Under the pieces are notes generated by a model. The model ran no database searches. It had not been told where the DNA came from and saw only the letters and a program-made list of their open reading frames with translations. A DNA stretch of 64,000 nt from Ruditapes philippinarum (lineage: Eukaryota), in the NCBI RefSeq assembly GCF_026571515.1, contig NW_026857787.1, positions 62,001 to 126,000 on the forward strand, in the 5' to 3' direction. Numbering within the stretch: the stretch's first letter is position 1; the number at the start of each line of letters is the position of its first letter. Shown here piece after piece: positions 30,701 to 41,532 of the stretch. Both the position numbers and the translations under genes were made by a program.

Positions 30701-33700
30701 ATGAAATAGAAATATATTGTAAAACCGTGTTCATTATTCATTTACATAAAATTATGTCTTACTAATTAACCTGTGCAAACAGTATTTATCTCAACTATAC
30801 GACATTATATTTCTAAAACATCTAACGCCAAACAAGAAAAACATAAATAAAGTAAATAGATAAGTAAAACATAAAGTAAAATGAAAAAAAACTTGAAGTC
30901 ACAAAGCAGCAGGCTTATCTTAGATTTCCTTTCCATGTATCATAAGGAAACAAGGCAAATAAGATTTAATCTTAGCTATCACAAATTAAAGCAACGAATT
31001 TCTCCCGCATATTTTAAAATTTTCTGTTCTACTTATATAATGATACTAGTATTTATATGTATATCTATATTAGTTCAAAACCATTTAAATTTCACGTAAT
31101 ATAAAAACATTGACTCAATAATACTATAACAAATGAACTCGAACAATAATGCAGTATCTTTACATGGTGGCTGATTTGTGCCAGTGTGTTTTTTCCCGGC
31201 GAAAAGTCGAGAATTAACAAGTTCAAAAACCGGGGGCGTGGAGCGAAAAGTCGTTATTAGCGAGGGCACGGGACGAAGTTTAATAATTAAAACTTCGCGC
31301 GAAGGGTCGCGCAGCGAAATTTAAGAAATGAAACAGCGTGGGTGCGGAGCGAAAACACGATAATAAGCGGGGGCGCGGAACAAAGTTTAAGATATAAAAC
31401 TTGTTTCTTAAATTTCACTGCGCGACGCCGCGGTGCGAAGTTTTATTTATTAAAACTGAGCAAAACTAAAAGCTGAGCGAAAACACGAATGACACAAATC
31501 AGCCACCATGTCTTTAATATTTTCAGCGGCGAAACTTCCAATAGGCCATGACCTATTGCTAATTTTTCAGGAAAAAAATGTCTAACATAATTGTAATTGT
31601 CTCCCTGAAATTTCAAAAGACAAACTTTAATATCGTTTCTATCTAAATTTACGCTAAAACACAATTATAGCAATATAGAGCAACACAAACAGGTTCTAGG
31701 CGATGAATGCTCCGGAGTCAACTACACTATAACTCAAACCCACCTACGTCCCTGACTTTTAGAAATATGGATGTTTTATTTGTATTATGAAATTCAAATG
31801 AAAAACATTGATAGAGAATCAATATCTTATTTAAGTTATATTAATTCAATATTACAATAGTCTCTTAAATAGAATATATAAACAAGAAGGCTGTATATAT
31901 ACATATGCATTGTTACAATATGAAATCAACATTACTATTATTTTGTTGTAGAGTTTACCTAAATGTTCCTCAGATGGTTGAATGCATCATTTCGGCATGT
32001 GCTTAAGATTTTTGAATCAATTTACATTAGTTGTTTGATATATTATTAATAGTATTATGTATGGTATAACGCTATTTAAGCGAATAAGTCTTTAATGAAA
32101 GGTCTGTATAAATACAAGAAATAATTATGTTGATAGTATTTAGTATCAGACAAACAAACCACGAAAGAATTATCTATGAATGTTGTTATACATGATCTGA
32201 TAATACATATATTCATATAGCACATTATATTATTGTTTATCATATTTAAATGTTTATGCTGGATCATTTAGAAAGTAATAAGCATTTTTCCAAGCAATTT
32301 TTTATCAGAATATTCATATATTTCATTTCTATCATTTCCATCCATATTTGAAATACTTATGGAAAATATGACAATTGTAGACCAATCCACTTTAAGAATA
32401 CTTCACTTTTCCAAACCTCATCAAACCATAATTAATTTCCAACATTTCAATAGCTCATTTTATATATACATTATGATAATTTTCTACGGAAATAATGGTT
32501 TATCGCATTTGGGTCCCTGTACATGTATTAAATGTCAGGCTCTGGTTGGTCAGTTTTGACCTCAACAACAATATAAACAACCAAACAACAACAACAATAA
32601 AAACAACAAACTTAGCAGTATTTTAACGAAATTGGCACCGGCCTTTAATGTATGCTAGTTTATCAAGAATTGGAACACCAACTGTACATGCGCTCTGGAA
32701 TGTTCAAAACACATTATTTAACAAATGAGTGCCTGATAAATGACTGATCTTTTTATAATTATACTTCAGAAAAAGTGATCATAGATCTTTTAACACCGGT
32801 GGCAATACACAGAGGAGATAATCAGCTGATAGGAGCAGAGTCTATACATTATAGATTTCCATATTTCGGTACAAACTACAACTCATTTCGGGTAATTTGC
32901 ACTTTTCTTTTTATATGATTTTACATTGCAGAATTTGTTAAAGTAATGAGCTCACAATTGTTTGTGTTGATTATGTACAATGCATATCTCATGTTTACTT
33001 CGTGAGTGAGTGTGGCGACTTCGTGCCCTTCACCGTTATGATTTTGAATGGCTTATTTTTGAAAGTAAAAATAATTAAATCTATGAGCAAAACGCCTGTT
33101 AGCTCTTTTGTTCTCAACTTCAAACGGCTTATCAGCGTATTAAAAATCTATAGCTTGCGAAGATTTGGAATAAATCATTTATAATTAATGGTGGTATATT
33201 ACTGCCAACAGTTAACAATGTAATGATCGCGTTAACTATCTTACTAACTAGATAGTTTTCGTCTTTTCGGAATTTCGATACAGATGTTCATTGACAAATC
33301 TCGATTTGTATTTTGTAACTTTTCTTAGCAGAAAAATTTATATAATAAAAGTCTAAACTTTTGACTACAGAAACGGTCATAAGTTAGTCGAATAGTTTGT
33401 CATTAGTAATAGCACTTAGGATAGACTAGATAGACTAGGACTTTCTATGAAACGCATCCCTTGGGTAGAGAATACAAAAATAATGTTGCTTTTCAACGTG
33501 GAGTCAATGAGGATGTGATAGTCATATTTTGTTCCCATTTCTACTCGATAGCCCAACATGAATGGCTTTCTCACTCTCGGATACCAGCCTTTGTATGAAA
33601 ACTATGGAGCCGAGAATCCAAACGACTGGAAAAGATTCAGCAATGGACAAACTGTAATCGCTCCGTTTTGGACGGACCTTGATTCTACTGATCTTACAGG

Positions 33701-36700
33701 AGGAGTTGAAGTTCACCTGCTACAGTATTATACCAATTATGGCCAAAACGATACCTTGCATAAAGACCTAGCTGATCTTGGACAAAAGTTTACTAACTAC
33801 CTTAACTTAACAGACTTTAAGCCACGTATTGCCATTGTAGTTACCTGGCGCAACGTCACACAACATTCCTACATTATTCCAGCCAGGCTTATCAGAACAC
33901 AGGTATGAAAAACCGATAAAGTAGTAAAATGTCATTGTATTTTCAAAGTAAGCTTGCCTTGTCTATTGAACATCTAAAAAGTATTATACTTATAAATATA
34001 GTGGTGGTGTAGCCGAGTGGTTAACTAGTAATCTAAGGATTGCTAACCGCGTGGTTTCAAACCCAGTCGGGAACAAGCCGTTGTTTCATTGAGAAAGAAA
34101 CATTGCATTAATTGCTTAGTACTGGTTGATTCCAGGAACATATTCGTGAGTGTTTCAATATGCTTATAGCTTCCAGCTGAACTGATATTATTTTGAATAA
34201 ACTTATTATGATTAAGCGTGATTTTAATAAATAATTTATGATTATGGCTGTTTTGATACAGAAAATATATGGATATAACAGCCGTGCACCAATAAGTTTA
34301 ATTTACTTTTCCATTATTCTTTAGGTAGGTTTTTATAACAAATTGCATAGATGTTTCTGTAATTGCATGTAATGTCATCAAGCCTAGTCAGTGTACAGGT
34401 CATTTCAGTCCGACCAGAGATCTATATATCTTAGTATTTTAATTTTCACCTCTGTCGTAAAAAGACAAAATGCATAAATCAACACAGGCCCGATTCGTCA
34501 TAGTACTATTTGTTTTATAAGTGAGACGGATAATATTAAATTCAATTAACTTACATATTTTAGAACGCAACGATGCAGGCTATTCTAATATCTGACGGAA
34601 TTTATTCCTATGTTATGTTTAATTACGACCACGAGTTGTGGTCGTTAAAGTTGGACGACAACATTCCAAGCTCTGCTGGATATAGTCTACCTGACAAGAC
34701 AGGGTTTATTTCTGGGACTAGTAATAACATGTCAATGCTAAATAGTGAATCTAATGTTCATCCAGGTGAGTATGAATATTTTTATACATGTATACAACTA
34801 GTATACAAGAATAATAAAACAGATCATGGGAAAATATTTTATTATAACTATACTTATTATCACAAACACTATTAAGATAGATAAAATAAATCCTAAACTA
34901 ATCTGACTCGAGAGAACTTTATGTATAGTCAATGAAATATATAAATATTAACAGTATAGGTAAAATTTAAAAAAAAATCACAAATTGATAAACCTTTTAA
35001 TTTTCATCCCAACAGTTTTAAAATGCCTGTTTATTTTGAAAAAAATGGGTTATTATTTGTGGATATTTTAAGGCGTTTCCTATTCTTTTTGGTCCATACA
35101 CCTATGTTACAAGAATAAAATTATTAACTGACATTACTTACTTACTTACGTCATTTTTACAAGGCAAACAAGGAACATTTGCACAAGTGAACATATTTTT
35201 TTCTTTTTGAATTATGCATACAATTTCAGCATATTCCGAACCTTGATCAAGAAAATCAAATAATGTGGTGATTTCTGCGGTTTTGAGTGATCTGCTCATG
35301 AAAACTTTCCTGAAACAAAACATCAGTTCCGATTCCAGGTGCAGATAACTAAAGAAAAACAGCATTTATGCCCAAACTGTTTCATTTCTTTAATATTTTC
35401 TATTCAATTTCAATTTTCTTGTATCGTTCAAAGTTTTACGAAATTTCTATTTACATGTTTAAACAATTATCCATTATTTGCTTTACGTAAGTAAAGATAA
35501 AAAACTGATAAACAGAAAGAAAGAAAAACCTTGTGGAAACGTCTTTGAGTTATCACTGAATTAACAACCTCAAATATCTGAACAAAAGACAAATCTGAGG
35601 CATACTGCTTTTTATGCGATTGACCGACTTTCCCTTAGTTGCATTTGTATTCTGATATATGCGGTTAGAAATAATAATCTTGATAATTTGGTAAAGATAT
35701 AAATATTTGTTTATATTGGCGTTGTTTTGAGTAAAATCGATACAATAAGAGCACATATTGTAAACAAATTAGAATTATAATGGCCGTGACTCTTGGTCGA
35801 ATACAAAATCTATAAGTCTTCAAAATCGTACTACATAATATATAAGCATCCTGTTGAAATTCGAACCCAGATCAGATCAGTCTAAATCATGGATACCAAC
35901 CAGCTATCAACGTAGGTCCTATTGATGAGTAAAGCTTTATACAAGTTACAAATTATTGTCAGACATTGAACGCTAGATACATATTTAGACACTGGAAGTA
36001 TGCATTAATTCTTGTTGTACTATTAATTTTATACAAACCTGCAGCACAATATAAGTTTTAATCTTTTTAATTCACTTGCGACAGCCTTAGCAGGAAGATG
36101 GATATTTAACGTCAGTAGCAATGATAACAAAACGAACCAGTTATTGCGGAACGAAAGCGAATGTATTCAATTTAGACACAATTCTACTATCCGAAATTGG
36201 ATAACGGAGAACAGGAAATTGGCCTATGCATGTCCCTGCACTCAGCAGCAGATGGACCTTGACTACAGTTACCGTACTGTTAACCCGTTGTACAAGAACT
36301 CACTACCTACGACATGTTATGAGGCGTGGTTCTTTAACAATGATGGAGTGAAGCAGACCTGTTGCTACAGGTAAATAAGGATAATCACATGCTATTCTCA
36401 ATGTTTGTATTCATCGAGTTGACTTTGTAAACTTTGTTTTTCGCAAGCCCGAAATAATATTAAATGATAATAATATTTGAAGAACGTGGCCTTAGATATT
36501 TTTGTGTAAAGCATTGTAACGTCGACCACAACAATGTTTGAAAAATCATGACCCGGTTTGTCAGGGGACTTGGTGACAGTTGTGTTATTTAATATGTAAC
36601 ACAAAGAAAATTTGAACATTTGTACAGGTTCAGGTGAAATATTGAATAATGGCTAATCTTGATTTTGATCAAGTTACCTTTCACAAACTTTCAAATTCTG

Positions 36701-37929
36701 AATTATTCCATCATATTGGTTTATTATACAGCTATGACCACTAGCACATTTTTTATGCGCAATTTATCTCTGATATCAGGAGGACTATGATTTTGACAAA
36801 GAAATCTATTTTTATGATATGGTCTTTGACCTATAAATTTGAAAATTCATAAACTTTTGGCTTGTGCTTCCTTTAAATCAAGTATGGAAAACGACAGACA
36901 CCAAAAACACTACAATCATAAAAAGGTCACCTCAGTAGTTTGTGCTCAATTGTTCTACACATTAGATAGACACAAATGTTGAGTCAAGGTCAAATGATTT
37001 AGCATCTTATACGGTTTATTTCTTCTTCAACATGCGACAAAATCTATGGTTTTGTTACTTATTTTCGCCAGCAAAATATTTTTTTTCTAAATGTCTCAGT
37101 TGATCTTAAGTCGTTTCAATTTTTATCTAATTGTCTGAGATTCAGTATGGGTTGTCTTAGCTTTATTTGTCTTATTTGTATAAAATGAAATTGATTTTTA
37201 TGCTTTTAACTGTCTCATTCGCTTCTGTTCAGTTGCTGTTCTCGAAGAGATACCGGTAGGATTTAGAATTCTAAAGTTAAATTTAGTTATAACACCTGAA
37301 TTTAGAATTTTCATTTTCGAATAATATATGGCACATCTAGATTTACAATTGTCCCATTAAGATTATAAAATCGTAATTTATGGATAAAAAAAATGTTTAT
37401 TTCTTTTGAATTTCAATCGGTAACATGTGGAACCACAATTTTCTTATTCAGATTTTGATACCATATTTAACATTTGGATTTGATTATAACATTTGTATCA
37501 TATGCATTTGTCTCATTAGGATTTGACAAAATTTTCCACTTGATTATCTTTCTAAGTTAAATGTAAGGTGTCTCGTGCAGAATTTTCAATTTGATCAAAA
37601 TACGTCTATGTTTCATATATATTTTTAGTTATGGGGCTTTAATGAAAGGTAACGTAGGAGGCGGTTTTGCTACCTTTGAAAAGGACGACTACAAGACTTT
37701 ACAATATTTCTACAAATGCTGTGGTGGAGACAAACATTTGTGCCATTTATTCTATGAAATGAACCCGTCTGATGATTGCTCTAATTTTAACCCTGCAGAT
37801 GAGCCCATTGCCAGGAAAAGGCGATCTGTTGTTACATACTTCAGTGGTGGAAGTGAACAACGCGTTTCAGTTAACTTGGTAGTTTATTTGATCCTCATCT
37901 CCGGACAGTTAAGCTACCTCTTTGAGTAG
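517..37929 (+). CDS. Multi-exon gene, 5' end outside the window: Sushi/CCP x>=20 - EGF_Ca x3 - NIDO - AMOP - RKRR - hydrophobic tail; MUC4/SUSD2/SNED-like extracellular glycoprotein
   Basis: 28 exons read by hand. All have AG/GT boundaries with compatible phases except one corrupted exon near 12967. Sushi and EGF exons are all phase 1-1. Stop TAG at 37927-37929. Confidence 0.88.
1613..1813 (+). CDS. Sushi exon 2 (long class)
   Basis: cttag|ATTGT...AAAG|gttcac; DCGD...DCDVGY...TCSETGEWTDIPNC. Confidence 0.9.
2923..3132 (+). CDS. Sushi exon 3 (long class, not in ORF track)
   Basis: tgtag|ACTGC...AAAG|gtataa; DCKN...DCKEGYY...TCSDNGTWINKPTC. Confidence 0.88.
4090..4302 (+). CDS. Sushi exon 4 (long class)
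   Basis: ttcag|ATTGT...AAAG|gtgaac; DCGP...TCDEGYY...TCSVNGTWTGLPIC. Confidence 0.9.
4579..4715. repeat. Near-perfect palindrome of about 137 bp (fold-back element)
   Basis: Left arm gttataaagattgttgacaggttatatggcc...aaacggctgtttg pairs with right arm caaacagccgttt...ggccatataacctgtcaacgatctttataac around the centre gcc-taac-ggc. Confidence 0.85.
4888..5016. other. Assembly gap (129 N)
   Basis: Run of n. Confidence 1.
5065..5340. repeat. Dispersed repeat fragment, second copy at about 28120-28380
   Basis: Shared blocks gagcagtacct..agacg.ttgcagaaatcatgatcacaaa and tatcgtatataaatcggtgtgaa.agatga.tt.gacgtttta. Confidence 0.75.
6936..7142 (+). CDS. Sushi exon 5 (long class)
   Basis: tttag|ATTGT...AAAG|gtatca; four Cys and the conserved Trp. 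Confidence 0.9.
7569..7775 (+). CDS. Sushi exon 6 (long class)
   Basis: ttcag|ATTGT...AAAG|gtaaac. Confidence 0.9.
8800..10770. repeat. 59-bp CpG-rich minisatellite, roughly 33 copies, intronic
   Basis: Head-to-tail unit gtatcgtgtcgggatagtacactaggatcgctggttatcgtcaagtagccgtccttgct. Confidence 0.95.
12134..12346 (+). CDS. Sushi exon 7 (long class, + frame not in ORF track)
   Basis: tatag|ACTGT...AAAG|gtatcc; DCGNVKDL...KCLEGYF...RCSDEGKWINLPLC. Confidence 0.9.
12967..13186 (+). pseudogene. Corrupted Sushi exon 8 (frameshifted; pseudo-exon or unpolished sequence)
   Basis: Starts gactgtgg (DCG) and ends NIPTCIRK+G|gtttgg like its neighbours. The middle is broken by expanded homopolymers and there is no clean AG acceptor. 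Confidence 0.7.
13844..14050 (+). CDS. Sushi exon 9 (last of long class)
   Basis: tacag|ATTGT...AAAG|gtgaaa. Confidence 0.9.
14670..15640 (+). mobile_element. Degenerate Helentron/HINE-like element with internal tandem subunits
   Basis: Recurring aaggtcaaggtca, ttttaaaat.acttg and gtccggtca motifs at about 160-180 bp spacing; resembles 56666-57340. Confidence 0.5.
15967..16140 (+). CDS. Sushi exon 10 (first of short canonical class)
   Basis: tttag|ATTGT...AAAG|gtaatg; DCGNLTSPPNG...YSCNNGY...TCQATGFW. Confidence 0.92.
16650..16829 (+). CDS. Sushi exon 11
   Basis: tacag|ATTGC...AAAG|gtttga. Confidence 0.92.
17176..17352 (+). CDS. Sushi exon 12
   Basis: tcaag|ATTGT...AATA|gtaaga. Confidence 0.92.
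17908..18154. mobile_element. Fold-back MITE, about 245 bp
   Basis: Termini acatatgagccgcgtcaagacaaaaccaacata and tatgttggttttgtcgtgacacggctcatatgt, plus nested internal inverted repeats (cagcatggatc...gatccatgctg). Confidence 0.85.
18216..18386 (+). CDS. Sushi exon 13
   Basis: tgaag|CATGC...ACAG|gttcgt; YQCDIGF...YCLLNGTWNTKPPTC. Confidence 0.88.
18912..19445. mobile_element. Non-autonomous element with a palindrome of about 160 bp, inserted in a degenerate minisatellite
   Basis: tgtaagattgaaatat...gtgaacaccag...atattttcacgag pairs with ctcgagtgaaaatat...ctggtgttcac...atatttcaatctta. tctacaatacat-type short repeats lie on both sides (18800-18900, 19445-19560). Confidence 0.65.
19714..19884 (+). 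CDS. Sushi exon 14
   Basis: aatag|ATTGT...AAAG|gtaagt. Confidence 0.92.
20554..20730 (+). CDS. Sushi exon 15
   Basis: ttcag|ACTGT...AATG|gtataa. Confidence 0.92.
21106..21285 (+). CDS. Sushi exon 16
   Basis: tttag|ATTGC...AAAG|gtatgt. Confidence 0.92.
21307..22538. mobile_element. Non-autonomous PIF/Harbinger-like DNA transposon (1232 bp)
   Basis: TIRs agcccgtctcacacaaaacac and gtgttctgtgtgagatgggct; TAA on both sides (21304-21306, 22539-22541); GC-richer interior with many acacgg/ccgtgt subterminal motifs. Confidence 0.8.
23841..24017 (+). CDS. Sushi exon 17 (not in ORF track)
   Basis: tacag|ATTGC...AATG|gtattt; DCAKLKDPAHG...YTCDIGY...RCQSSGNW. Confidence 0.9.
24929..25105 (+). CDS. Sushi exon 18 (not in ORF track)
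   Basis: tacag|ATTGT...AGAA|gttagt; DCGQPAGPTYG...YSCYVGY...KCQANKTW. Confidence 0.9.
25526..25702 (+). CDS. Sushi exon 19 (not in ORF track)
   Basis: ctaag|ATTGT...AAAA|gtgagt; DCSHPDNPANG...YSCNPGY...FCLANKTW. Confidence 0.9.
25950..27000. repeat. Degenerate minisatellite, unit about 26-27 bp
   Basis: Variants of agagtgatgtgtgatcggcatattgc repeated throughout. Confidence 0.85.
27047..27223 (+). CDS. Sushi exon 20
   Basis: ttcag|CATGT...AAAG|gtatat; YTCNTGY...TCTASGNWSSPPPVC. Confidence 0.92.
28409..28543 (+). CDS. Calcium-binding EGF exon 1
   Basis: DIDECAEYHTDCDLYASCTNSKGSYSCNCQKGF...KC; phase 1-1. Confidence 0.92.
29759..29884 (+). CDS. Calcium-binding EGF exon 2 (not in ORF track)
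   Basis: tacag|ATATAGACGAATGT; DIDECSNSSTNFCNKNGSRCINYMGGFICMCFQGWTGGNC; donor GAAG|gtaaat. Confidence 0.9.
30161..30286 (+). CDS. Calcium-binding EGF exon 3 (not in ORF track)
   Basis: DTDECADSTTCGPHAKCTNSPGSYNCTCDVEYSQGDPKVHC; donor TACA|gtaaga. Confidence 0.9.
31162..31511. mobile_element. GC-rich MITE, about 350 bp
   Basis: TIRs acatggtggctgatttgtg and cacaaatcagccaccatgt; internal cggagcgaaaa repeats. Confidence 0.8.
32770..32891 (+). CDS. NIDO region exon 1
   Basis: ttcag|AAAAAGTG...; GDNQLIGAESIHYRFPYFGTNYNSFR (FPYFG motif); phase 1-0. Confidence 0.85.
33552..33902 (+). CDS. NIDO region exon 2
   Basis: PNMNGFLTL...IAPFWTDLD...F.P..AIVVTW; phase 0-0. Confidence 0.92.
34001..34190 (+). 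mobile_element. tRNA-derived SINE remnant
   Basis: A-box-like TAGCCGAGTGG and B-box-like GGTTTCAAACCC, followed by a non-tRNA body (ttgcttagtactggttgattccaggaa). Confidence 0.6.
34564..34765 (+). CDS. NIDO region exon 3
   Basis: NATMQAILISDGIYSYVMFNY...SNV; phase 0-1. Confidence 0.92.
36085..36370 (+). CDS. End of NIDO and AMOP domain exon 1
   Basis: GRWIF...CPCTQQQM...QTCCY; phase 1-2. Confidence 0.9.
37629..37929 (+). CDS. AMOP exon 2 and terminal coding exon
   Basis: CC....LCHLFYEMNPSDDC, then RKRR, SGGS, hydrophobic VSVNLVVYLILI and TAG. Confidence 0.85.
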
Positions 37930-38965
37930 CTTTGAAGTAAACATTCTTCAGATTTAACTATTCTATGAGGAAAACATTTAATTTGAACATACATGTATGT
38001 CATATCTGTTTGGTACCCTACTAAGAGTGTTTATAGAGTAGGAAGTGAGGAAAATTGAGGATTTAGACTAAACAAAACTTGAAACCTGATCAACAAGTTC
38101 GCACAGAAGTCGACAGAAGATTACCCCTAAATTAATCTAATGTGTGTCTACAATTAGACGATGCTGTTTATTCTATAGTTTGCACATTTTATTCACGTTG
38201 TTTCTCCTTTTTTAACGTTTTATACGACAAGCCTTTAATAATGAAATGTGTTACTTTTACAATGAAAATTGTCTTCGCATTTATTTTTTTTATCTTTTTT
38301 ATTTTATTTTTGTTGCACTTTTGCCGGCTTTTATCTTATATTGCATACAATTCAAACTTAAAAATCAAAGTTTTACGTTATGTTTTCAATGGAATATACA
38401 GTTCACTGATTGCCAATCGTCACACAATTTACTATTTCCAAAAATATCTTTTACTCTATATTGTATTGTTTTTCTTCATAAGTGCGCCATTGTTTTACCT
38501 TTTAGTTTGTAAATGCGTTACGAAAAAATTATTTGTGTTGATGATTTTTTCAATAATTGTTTCTTGATATGACGATTGAACAGTTATATAAAAATGTATT
38601 TCAATCATTGCTTTTTACCCCATGAGTTGTATTTTTATCGGATATCTTGAACATATTCTATAGTTACTCTTTCACTTTTATTGTTCATTTGTGTTCCGTT
38701 TAATAATGTAAGTATGCATAAGACTAATTGCGTTTTTGGTTTATTTTAATTAAACTGGCAAGAATGTATACTTCATTTGCTTACCTTACCTATTATTGGG
38801 ACCTCAATAATTTTAAGCTTTTAAAATTAGAAAAATGTTTGAAGAACGGTTTACTAGAGTTTGTAACCAGAATCGTCTCGGCCTCATTGGCTGTTGTAAA
38901 AAAAAATATTATCACTCGTAAATTGTGCTGAGCATTAGGTTATTTGTCATAAAAGTCAATCCGAT

Positions 38966-39970
38966 TTTTTGTGCCCCCTCTTGGGGGGAGGGGGGGGTAG
39001 ATTTACCCTTGTCCGTTCGTCCGTCCGTTCTTCCGTTCTCTTTTGTGTCGCACGTAACTCAATAAGTATTTGACATAGAGTCATGAAACTTAACGGAAAT
39101 GTTGATTAGCATGTGTAGTTGTGCACCTTTGTATTTTCGTTGGGATTTATTTATTAGTTTTAGAGTAATTGCCCTTGACTTGTTGAATTTTCAACTCTTG
39201 TCGCATGTAACTCGAAAAGGATTTGACCTAGAGTCATGACACTTTACAGGAGTGTTGATCAGCATGTGTAGTTGTGTACATAGATATTTTCGTGTGAAAT
39301 TATGTAGAATTTTTATAGTTATTGCCCTTGACTTAGTACAATTTTGCAATTTTCAATTTGTGTCGCATGTAACTCAAAAAGGATTTTACATATAGTCATG
39401 AAACCTTACGGGAATGTTGCTCAGCATATGTAATTGTGCATCCTGGGTTTCGCTTGTGAATTAATCCAGTATTTGTAAAGTAATTGCCCTTGACTTAGTT
39501 AAAACCGTTTCATTATGGTGTGTTATTTGTTCATTGAGTGCTTTAGTTAGAATCAACCAACTTTACAGGAATAATGATCAACATCACTAAATTACAGGAA
39601 TAATTATCAACATCACTTTGAAGCTATGTACCTGGGACTCGCATGTGGATTTCTTCAGTTTTTGCCCTTGACTTACAGTTGTATAAATTTGCAATTTTCT
39701 ACTTGTTCATGCATAACGGAAAATGCATAGGCCTGAAAGATTACAAGAATGTTGGTCAGCATGTGTACTTATGCACCTTGGGGTTTGTTTGTGGATTTAT
39801 TCAGTATTTGTAAATTAGTATTTGTAAAGTTATTGCCGTATACTTAGTAAAAGATTTTTAGTTTTCAACTTGTGGCACATGAAGTCCATAACATATTTGA
39901 CTTAGAGTCATAAGATTGACAGAACAGTGGTGTGTGGGGGCACCCGTGTCCTTTGCACACATTTCTAGAT
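38966..39970 (+). mobile_element. Helentron/HINE-like non-autonomous element with 150-175 bp internal repeats
   Basis: 5' tttttgtgccccc followed by (ccgt)n; repeated ttgcccttgact and gtcgcatgtaactc; 3' gggggcac (inverted copy of the 5' end), a small hairpin and ctag. Confidence 0.7.
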
Positions 39971-40819
39971 GTAAATGTCACACCAATGAAATTAAAAAAA
40001 AATTGAAATTGCATAACAAAGCCCGGTACATAGCAATGTACCTTTTCCCCACAATCCTCCATGGTACATTTACACTTTTTAATTCGCTTCGCCCTTGTGC
40101 GCGATCTGTTTTTGTTTGGAGAGATGCTTAACGTTGTTAGTGGATCTGTGTTGTTCGGCTGCGTTTATTGAATGCCGCCCTTCATTGCTGATCATGATTC
40201 TCATATTCTGACAAGGTATTCACTGGAAATGAAAGAAATCAGTCGCTAAGAAATTTGTAAAATAATTTATAATGATTATTTAAATATAAAAGTCAAATGA
40301 AATGCTGATTTTCGCCGGATGGTTATATCAAGGTCTTATTTCAGTTGGCTTTTCTGTGTATTGTGTTTTAATAGTATATATACCAATAAAGATAACTGTA
40401 CGTTGTCCCTCTCGACGCCTTAAACGATATTGTATTACATTTTTCGAATCAAATTTAGTTTGAAAGCATGTTCAGTTCAACAGATGTTGCTTAAATAACT
40501 GTATTACCCGGTGTATTCACTTATATACACGGCACCGGAAAAAAAAGAAAAAAAAACCTTTAATGACCGTTGACCGAATGAGACTGCCAAGTTAGTCTGC
40601 ACTCTGTTGCATTTCTTATGTGTTTAAAAAGAAACCAAATGTTCAGATCTTTTTTTTTTCTGACAGAAATACTTTTATATGTGTATGTTCATCATAATTG
40701 TTGCCATTTACTATCATTTTACTACATTTTCATATTTGAGAAAAATAAATTTGACGCTAGTTTGATTTCGTTACTTTGTTAAACTTTATCTCAAGAAACA
40801 AAGCCGCTATTTTGGTATG

Positions 40820-41532
40820 TATTGAAGCTCAACAGAGCTTGATCAGAGTGAGCTTTGAGGATCGTTGAATGTCCATCTTTTGTCGTCCGTCAACATTTAG
40901 ATATGACGTTTTGTTTATTATGAATACTAGCAGCAAATGTTTCGGCCTAGATTTAAAGCAAAATAGTCGGAAAGACTGTTTATAATAAATGAACTCTAGC
41001 TCAAGATCGAATAGTGGTGATCTAGTGTTAAAAACTAGTCCACGCAGCCAAAATATAGATAGAAAAAAACTTGGTAACAGTCAAATAGCTAATGTTCTGG
41101 TCAACATTAACTGGACAGGTTGTTTTGATTATGGGTCATCTGGGGTTAAAATCTAGATCACGTAAATCACATAGATCTAATATTGAAAAACATTGTTGCG
41201 TTTTAGTCCAAATATCCGTTAAACTGGTCAGATATTTTTTTGATGAAACATTAGACAACACAGTCAAATTAAGGAAAGCAATTTTTAACGCTGTTAATGT
41301 AAATATTTAAACACATCACCTGATAATTTGTCAACAAGGTTGTTTGAATGATTTCGTTGTCAAATTCGAGACCATGTATGGAAAAAACCTTGTTTAGATT
41401 TGCAATATTTCAGGTGCAGATATGAACATTATGATATCAGTTTAAGATTATGACATTTTATCTGCTTTTAATTATTAATAAGCAACATTTTAATCAGGTG
41501 AACGATATAAGAGATATCATGGTCCTCTTGTT
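40820..41532 (+). mobile_element. Degenerate Helentron/HINE-like element
   Basis: 5' agctca...tgagct hairpin, gtcgtccgtc tract, 3' caggtgaacgat...catggtcctcttgtt; termini resemble those of the opposite-strand element at 52695-54165. Confidence 0.5.

Noticed and set aside
34001-34075. Functional tRNA gene
   Set aside because: A and B boxes are present but I could not fold a full cloverleaf, and a SINE-like body follows.
38142-38567. Hydrophobic 141-aa ORF as a membrane protein or the gene's transmembrane exon
   Set aside because: T-rich sequence downstream of the stop, probably 3' UTR; no convincing splice link or domain.
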